Below the pieces are notes generated by a model. The model did no database searches. It was given only the letters and a program-made list of their open reading frames with translations, and was not told where the DNA came from. A DNA stretch of 30,310 nucleotides, taken from positions 1 to 30,310 of IMG/VR virus record IMGVR_UViG_3300037705_000202. One strand, written 5' to 3'. A program made the translations under genes and the position numbers. Every line of letters begins with the position of its first letter. Position 1 is the first letter of the stretch. Below are positions 24,491-30,310 of this stretch, in pieces. This DNA is from a virus. Its lineage: Duplodnaviria > Caudoviricetes.

Positions 24491-25992
24491 TCCCCACCAG
24501 TCCGGACACCACCAAGCTGCTGGTCCACGCCGCCGAAGCGGCCGGCTCGACCACCCCGGCGGACTCCTCCCCCTCGGCCCATACCCTGGCGGCGGCCGGC
24601 AATGCCCAGGTCTCGGACGACCATGCCTGCCTGGGCAACAACATGCTCAAGTTCGACGGCGCGGGCGATTATTTTGCCCTGCCCTACTCCAGCGATTTCG
24701 ATTTCGGCTCGGGCGCCTTTACGGTGGATTTTTGGCTTTGGCTGCCTTCGGCCGGGTTTACCGGCGGCCTGATCGCCGCTCGCAGCAGTTCTTCCTCCTA
24801 TTGCCCGCTGGCCTTGTCTATATCGACCGGCAAGATCTGGCTGCTGATGTCCAGCGGTAACTCCAGTTGGCAGGTCAATACATATGGGCCGACCACCGTG
24901 CCGGTGGGTGAGCTGGTCCATGTGGCTTTGGTGCGAAACGCCGCGGGCCAGACCAGGGTGTACCTGAACGGGGTGGTCGAGTTGACCACTACCGCGGTTC
25001 TAACTTTTTCCGTGCTTGGCCAGCCCTGGACCATCGGCGCCCAGGCTACCGACATCCAATATCTAAACGGCTATCTCGGCGAGCTGCGGATTCTGAAAGG
25101 CGAGGCGGCCTGGACCGAGCCTTTTACCCCGCCGGCCGAAGCCTACACGGTCGTCGGCGACGAAACGGTGGTTTGCCCCGGCTTTGCCGGCGCCGCCAGT
25201 CTGGCGGCAAGCCCCGGCCTGCAGGTGGTCTGCCCCGGCTTTAGTGTCGAGGCCAGCCTGACGGCCACGCTTTTCGAGGGGGTGGTCATCGAGGCGCCCG
25301 GCTTTACCGGCACGGCCGGGCTGAGCGGGGCGGCGGCGCAACTGCTGGCCGGCTGTCAATTTACCGCCGTCGCGGCCCTGGCTGCCGACCTCGAGGCCCT
25401 GGCGGTTTTGGTGACCTGTCCCGGTTTTGCGGCGGAGCTTACCCTGGCGGCCGCGGCGGCGCTGCTCGACTACGCGAATCCGGCCCTGCGCTACTATTGC
25501 ACCCTGACCGGCGCCGCCGACGGCCAGTCGGATCTGCTGCTGCCGATCAGTTCTTTTCAGGCCCAGCACCGGCGGGCCGCCGCCAGCTATCTGTCGGTGG
25601 TGGTGCCGGGCAACGCCAACGACGCGGAGATCGCCGCCCGGCCAAATGGTGCGCTGGTGCTGCGCATGGCCAAGGTTTTCGCCGGAGCGGTCTTTCACTC
25701 CGAGGAGATTCTCCGGGTACCCCTGGAACAAATCCGCACCGACGACGGCGGCCGCAACCGGTCGGCCACTTTGTCAGGCTACGCCACGCTTGTTTACGCG
25801 GCCAAAGAGGTCACCCTGCAGGGGGTGGTCTATCGGGCGGTGCATGAGGGAAAAACCCGCTTGCGGCTGGCCTTTCCGGATATCTTTCTCCGCCCCGGCG
25901 ATACCGCCGTGCATGGCGACGACTCCTTTACGGTGGAGTCGATCAGCTACTCGGTCGGCACTCGGGGCACTACTTGCGAGGTTAGCGCCTGA
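24487..25992 (+). CDS. Tail protein with N-terminal LamG/concanavalin-like domain and internal repeats
   Basis: 'FDGAGDY', 'FTVDFW', 'HVALVR...VYLNG', 'NGYLGELRI' LamG motifs; five 'PGF...A.L.A'-type repeats. Confidence 0.8.
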   Translation: MIPTSPDTTKLLVHAAEAAGSTTPADSSPSAHTLAAAGNAQVSDDHACLGNNMLKFDGAGDYFALPYSSDFDFGSGAFTVDFWLWLPSAGFTGGLIAARSSSSSYCPLALSISTGKIWLLMSSGNSSWQVNTYGPTTVPVGELVHVALVRNAAGQTRVYLNGVVELTTTAVLTFSVLGQPWTIGAQATDIQYLNGYLGELRILKGEAAWTEPFTPPAEAYTVVGDETVVCPGFAGAASLAASPGLQVVCPGFSVEASLTATLFEGVVIEAPGFTGTAGLSGAAAQLLAGCQFTAVAALAADLEALAVLVTCPGFAAELTLAAAAALLDYANPALRYYCTLTGAADGQSDLLLPISSFQAQHRRAAASYLSVVVPGNANDAEIAARPNGALVLRMAKVFAGAVFHSEEILRVPLEQIRTDDGGRNRSATLSGYATLVYAAKEVTLQGVVYRAVHEGKTRLRLAFPDIFLRPGDTAVHGDDSFTVESISYSVGTRGTTCEVSA

Positions 25993-28253
25993 TGGGCAAG
26001 GGCACCATCATCAGCGGCGGGGCCGCCGGGCTCTACCAGGTCCAGGTCAATTTCGACCGCGCCCGGATCGAGGCGGAGCTGGCCCGGTTGGCTACGGCCA
26101 TCGCCGAGCAAGGTACGGCCATCGACAACCTGGCCGCCGAAATCACCGCCGCCGAGGCCGATCCAGCCTTGGCCGGCCAGCTCGGCGAGCTGCGCTCGAG
26201 ATACGGCCGGGCCAAGCTGGTCCGGGCCGGGATGGAGAGGCGCCAGGCTTATCTGAATTCGCTGCACCTGTCAGATCCCACGCTTGAGGCCTGGTGCGCC
26301 GACCTGACCGAGGATCTGGCCGGCGAAGTGGCCACCATCGAGGTTAACGGCGAACGGGAGCGCGGCCTGTTGATCGCCCCGGGCTATGCCGACGGCGCCC
26401 ACTACAATTCAGCCGAGCACGGCCGGCTGCAGCCGGTGGCGGCATCGACCCCGGCCGGAGTGTTCAGCAACCTGGCCCTGATGCCGGGCTGGCAGAAATG
26501 GCGGCCAACCTACCGCCTGGGCGAGATCACCGCCAAGGCGGGGGATCTATGCGACGTGGCCTTGGACCAGGCCGCTTTTTCGGACCGGGGCTCAGGGCTG
26601 TCCGCCAACCTCAACATCAACCAGAATACGGTGGGCGGCCAGGTTACCCTGGAGGTGGTGCCGATCAACTACATGAATTGCGACGGCGCGGCCTTTCAGG
26701 TCGGCGACCGGGTGGTGGTGCATTTTATCGACCAGGACTGGAACGATCCGCAGGTGATCGGCTTCGAGAGCAACCCGCGCCACTGTCTGTTCTATGTCCT
26801 GCGGATCAAGCTGCAACTGCAGCGGGCGATCGACGCCGGCGGGGATATCTGGCAGGATACCGGCGACTATATGGCGCTGTTTTGGGACCTGGACAACAAC
26901 CAGCCGCTGCCGGTGCAAAAAGAGGATGAAACCCTCTGGGATTACCCTCTAAGCCAGACCGACGCCGAAGGCGATTTCTGGGATGATCTGCTGAACCAGT
27001 ACGGCGCCGGCGTATCTCTGACCCCGCCTGCTCCGCTGCTGAACATGGTAGGACTGGAGGATTCGCCGATCCAGTACGATGGTAATTATCTGGATTTCGG
27101 CGCCGGCCGCACCTTCCTGACAACAGCCAGTCCCATGAGTTTACTGGGCCTGGGCCAGACCCTGTTATTTATCAACTGGGATTTCGATGAAAATGGCGAT
27201 TATAGCGAGGCCGATGCCGCCAACTACAGCAACGCCCAGGAAAACAGCTACGGCGAGCTCGATAGCTTCGCCTGTGATTATGCATGGTCCATCATTATCC
27301 CTGAGCCGGTCCAGACCGGGGAAGTGGGGGTTGACTGGACCACCACGGCAAATGGCTCCTGGGCGGATGACTGGAGCGACACGGCCGAGCTGCCGTCCGG
27401 CGGTTTCCTGCCGCCATATACCGTCTATGGCATCGGCTTTCAGGGCAGTACACTTTTCCCGGCCTTCAATTTCAGCGACTTCCGGATCCGGACTCTGAAC
27501 AGCAGCGGTGCCGCCGAGCTGTCCTGGGCGCTCAGCGTCGAATGGGCCGGCTCCGGCAGCCAGACCAAGTCGTTTTCTCGCAGCGACCATTCCGTCAGAG
27601 TGGCAGTGGACCCCGACGAATATTCTTCCAACGGCGGCGGCTCGGTCTACAACAGTTCGGATTATTCCGGCGCCGGCCTGGCCACCTCACCCGACGGCGA
27701 GATCTACGATATCGGCCTGGCCCAACTGGTCGGTCAGTCGTGCCATGTTTCTTGGTCGGACGGCGGCGTCTCCCCCTCCCTGTCCGGCGAGTTCTCCCGG
27801 TCGGTTGATTACCTCTTCCGGGCCGTGGCCCTGGCCTCGGACTATTCCACCAGCGCCAACTACCAGGCCCTGATCCTCGGCGAAGCGGTCTCCACCGGAA
27901 ATAAGGCGCTGACCGGGGCCGTCACCGGCGAGCCGGAGCCGGCCTGGAATCCGTTGTCGCAACAATGGTCCTGGTCGTGGCTAAACAATCTCGAAGAAGA
28001 CGCGATCCAGTACAGCGGCCACGCGGTCAACTATACCATTTCGGCCCGGGCGGCCCTCTGTGCCGACGCCGATACCCAGAACCCCTGGGAGCTGCCGGCC
28101 AATGAAGACCTGGAAGCCCAGCTTAACTTGATGCTCTCCGAATTACTGGCCCTGTACCCGGATCCCAACACCGCCGATCCCGGCCTGATCATGGGCGAGG
28201 ATTTGAATTTCTGGCGGCTCGATTTCGATATCGCCCCATTGGTCAGACCATAG
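25992..28253 (+). CDS. Tail tip/baseplate hub-like protein
   Basis: TGATG coupling; N-terminal coiled coil, 'GWQKWRPTYRLG', 'YMNCDG.AFQVGDRVVV'; acidic, aromatic C-terminal region. Confidence 0.65.
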   Translation: MGKGTIISGGAAGLYQVQVNFDRARIEAELARLATAIAEQGTAIDNLAAEITAAEADPALAGQLGELRSRYGRAKLVRAGMERRQAYLNSLHLSDPTLEAWCADLTEDLAGEVATIEVNGERERGLLIAPGYADGAHYNSAEHGRLQPVAASTPAGVFSNLALMPGWQKWRPTYRLGEITAKAGDLCDVALDQAAFSDRGSGLSANLNINQNTVGGQVTLEVVPINYMNCDGAAFQVGDRVVVHFIDQDWNDPQVIGFESNPRHCLFYVLRIKLQLQRAIDAGGDIWQDTGDYMALFWDLDNNQPLPVQKEDETLWDYPLSQTDAEGDFWDDLLNQYGAGVSLTPPAPLLNMVGLEDSPIQYDGNYLDFGAGRTFLTTASPMSLLGLGQTLLFINWDFDENGDYSEADAANYSNAQENSYGELDSFACDYAWSIIIPEPVQTGEVGVDWTTTANGSWADDWSDTAELPSGGFLPPYTVYGIGFQGSTLFPAFNFSDFRIRTLNSSGAAELSWALSVEWAGSGSQTKSFSRSDHSVRVAVDPDEYSSNGGGSVYNSSDYSGAGLATSPDGEIYDIGLAQLVGQSCHVSWSDGGVSPSLSGEFSRSVDYLFRAVALASDYSTSANYQALILGEAVSTGNKALTGAVTGEPEPAWNPLSQQWSWSWLNNLEEDAIQYSGHAVNYTISARAALCADADTQNPWELPANEDLEAQLNLMLSELLALYPDPNTADPGLIMGEDLNFWRLDFDIAPLVRP

Positions 28254-28266
28254 CGAGGAGAAGGAC

Positions 28267-30078
28267 ATGAAACGAATCCAGATTGATCTGGAAATCATCG
28301 AAGGCGGCCGGTTCCGGCAGCCCTTCATCTGGGAGAGCGGTCCCACCGAAGCCACGGCCGTGCCGGTCGACCTTACCGGCAACAGCGCCCTGATGTCAGT
28401 GCGGAAAAAGCTGACGGACCAAGTGCCGCTGCTCGACTACAGCACCGCGGGCGGCATCCTGGAGATCGCCGATCAGGTAACCAATAAGGGCCAAATCAAC
28501 CTCGATGACCTGGGCCTCACCACTCCGGGGATCTGCGCCGATCACAAAGACTTCACCGGGGTGTACGACCTGTTCATCTACGCCGCCGACGGCACCCCCA
28601 GGGTCTGCTTCTACGGCCCGGTAAAAACCTGGGCGGCGGCCCCCGCCCCTGGGAAGAGGAGGCCTAAGATGAGCACCGACGTGATCAAGGTCGTCACCAC
28701 CGAGGTCCAAGTTGTCAAAGTAATCACCGAAGGCCCGTCAGGCCCGGCAGGCCCGCAAGGCGACCCCGGCCCCGGCTACAATCTCGGCCTGGAGCAATTC
28801 TACCAGGCTGTGGCGGCCGGCACCTGCACCGTCTGCGCGGTTGGGACGTCTTTAACCGAAGCGGTAGAAATACAGCTTGAACGGCAGAACTCCTACATCT
28901 TTCAGATTATGAGGGGGTTGCGATCGCGTTTCCCAAACTGCGAATTTACCCTGATCAACTTGAGCCTGGGAGCGCGGGGCTTGGATGACTACGTTGACCC
29001 TGATTACATCGCCGTGACTTTTCCGGATGACCCAACCTCTAATTTTTACCGTGGCGCTGGTGATCCTGACGTGTGGCCGGGGGGGGCTGAACTCGGAAAA
29101 TCCTGGCGCGACCACGCCCGAGACGCAAATGCCGATTTGTTCATTATAGACCACGGCCTCAACGACCTTCAATTTTGCGCCCAGTTCTGGGCCAGCCTGG
29201 TCTCGGCCATTGCCTACGCCAACACTTGGCCAAAGGTTCCGTCTATCCTCCTCAGCACCAACATCCTTGCAACTACGGCGGCAGCGCCTTACGACGCACT
29301 ACAGCCGATCTATGAGGCCAGGGCCAGGCTGACTCGGTTGGCGGCTGAGACCTACGGTTGCGGACTGATCGATCCTAATCGGTACTGGCGGTTAGCCCGG
29401 GATGGAAAGGACGAATTGCGGCCGATCTTGGAGCCGGTCTCCGACCTGGCGACCTGGGAATTAGATAGCGGCAGCGCGCCCTCGGTTCAAACGGCTAACG
29501 CAATTACAGCGGCGGCTGTATGCATTTTGAAATCGACAGCAGTCCAACACTATAACGCCGAAATAGACCTGGACTATACGCCCTCTAATTCAACCACTCA
29601 GGTGAAATTTGGAGTTCGCCGGCAACCGGCTGACGCATGGACCAAAGGGCTATACGTCAGCCGATCAGGGTCGGTGTTGGAAGTTTACGAGTACGAAAAT
29701 GTAGTGCAGTCATGGACCGTGGCAACGGCCGCAGTCGGGGTTAAAGAAGATCTCCGGATCAGGTACGAAAACCATCGAGTCATGATCTGGCGCAATGGAA
29801 CTCTTATGGGAGTAGTGCCGACAACCACTTTGTGGCGCGGTTCCATGTTCATTAATGTCCGCCACGCCGCTCTGACAAATATCAGCCTTGACTCTGGGGA
29901 TTTCTTCGGTGCCCAAGCTGCGACCCACACTAATGCAGAGCTTATCGGAACCAAAACAGTTGAGGACTGGGACGCCGGAGATCATTCAATCGGCGGAAAC
30001 TCCGTTAAACATCCGACCCGAATCGGAACACTGCACGTATTTGGGCAAGCTGTCGTCGAGTTTGTGGCGAAGTTGTGA
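28267..30078 (+). CDS. Receptor-binding/tail-fibre-like protein: adaptor domain + collagen linker + SGNH hydrolase with inserted beta-sandwich
   Basis: 'PVDLTG..ALMSVR...GVYDL' adaptor; GPSGPAGPQGDPGPG; SGNH blocks VGTSLT, NLSLG, DHGLND, KHP. Confidence 0.7.
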   Translation: MKRIQIDLEIIEGGRFRQPFIWESGPTEATAVPVDLTGNSALMSVRKKLTDQVPLLDYSTAGGILEIADQVTNKGQINLDDLGLTTPGICADHKDFTGVYDLFIYAADGTPRVCFYGPVKTWAAAPAPGKRRPKMSTDVIKVVTTEVQVVKVITEGPSGPAGPQGDPGPGYNLGLEQFYQAVAAGTCTVCAVGTSLTEAVEIQLERQNSYIFQIMRGLRSRFPNCEFTLINLSLGARGLDDYVDPDYIAVTFPDDPTSNFYRGAGDPDVWPGGAELGKSWRDHARDANADLFIIDHGLNDLQFCAQFWASLVSAIAYANTWPKVPSILLSTNILATTAAAPYDALQPIYEARARLTRLAAETYGCGLIDPNRYWRLARDGKDELRPILEPVSDLATWELDSGSAPSVQTANAITAAAVCILKSTAVQHYNAEIDLDYTPSNSTTQVKFGVRRQPADAWTKGLYVSRSGSVLEVYEYENVVQSWTVATAAVGVKEDLRIRYENHRVMIWRNGTLMGVVPTTTLWRGSMFINVRHAALTNISLDSGDFFGAQAATHTNAELIGTKTVEDWDAGDHSIGGNSVKHPTRIGTLHVFGQAVVEFVAKL

Positions 30079-30103
30079 ACAAGGCTAAAAAAAGGGGGGA
30101 AGC

Positions 30104-30310
30104 ATGCCGACTTTGTCAACTGCCGATCATGAGGCCATCGCCGGGAAAGTGGCGGAGCAGATTTTTTTACGGGATCAGCTCCACCACCCCCACTGCAATT
30201 GCCCGGTCGGTAACGAGCGCCACGACAAGCATCATCAACTGATCGATGAGCTGATCGACTTTTTCGACCGCTTCAAATCCCTGCGCTGGGGCGTGGCCCG
30301 GGCGGTGCTC
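30104..30310 (+). CDS. Hypothetical protein, 5' part (possibly start of the lysis module)
   Basis: AAGGGGGG RBS, ATG 30104, MPTLSTADHEAIAG... open to the window end. Confidence 0.5.
   Translation, partial: MPTLSTADHEAIAGKVAEQIFLRDQLHHPHCNCPVGNERHDKHHQLIDELIDFFDRFKSLRWGVARAVL

Larger units (their letters stand above)
1..30310 (+). mobile_element. Lambda-like siphovirus/prophage segment (replication, packaging, head and tail modules); ends lie outside the window
   Basis: Co-directional, tightly packed genes in canonical order TerS-TerL(GpA)-gpW-portal-protease/capsid-neck-tail tube-chaperone-tape measure-tail tip; no tail sheath recognised; no host housekeeping genes. Confidence 0.95.

Noticed and set aside
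24487-30078. Diversity-generating retroelement or invertible tail-fibre system
   Set aside because: No reverse transcriptase, invertase or TR/VR repeat pair seen in this window

Overview
The whole window is a contiguous, almost entirely + strand segment of a GC-rich (roughly 60%) lambda-like siphovirus or prophage. Gene order: small accessory genes; a cos-like site; a P4/D5-type SF3 helicase and a separate Zn-ribbon/Toprim primase; dNMP kinase; Gp37/Gp68 (DUF5131); Nu1-like small terminase; HNH nuclease; GpA large terminase; gpW; lambda-type portal; protease-capsid fusion; neck and tail genes with a lambda-identical GGGAAAG -1 frameshift; tape measure; and LamG and SGNH tail-tip proteins. The standout feature is an apparently complete integron between the small and large terminase genes (8750-11098). 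It has an IntI integrase with the integron-specific insertion, a candidate attI and three 89-90 bp attC sites. These delimit three cassettes (310, 312 and 634 bp) whose end cores are mutually complementary. The attC sites have canonical polarity relative to intI (top strand = minus). However, all four best cassette ORFs are inverted: they point toward attI/intI, co-directional with the phage operon, and encode small phage-like proteins, three of them Cys/His-rich. This suggests a phage-adapted integron whose cassettes and integrase are expressed by phage read-through rather than by Pc. All protein family calls come from motif recognition and synteny, not database searches.
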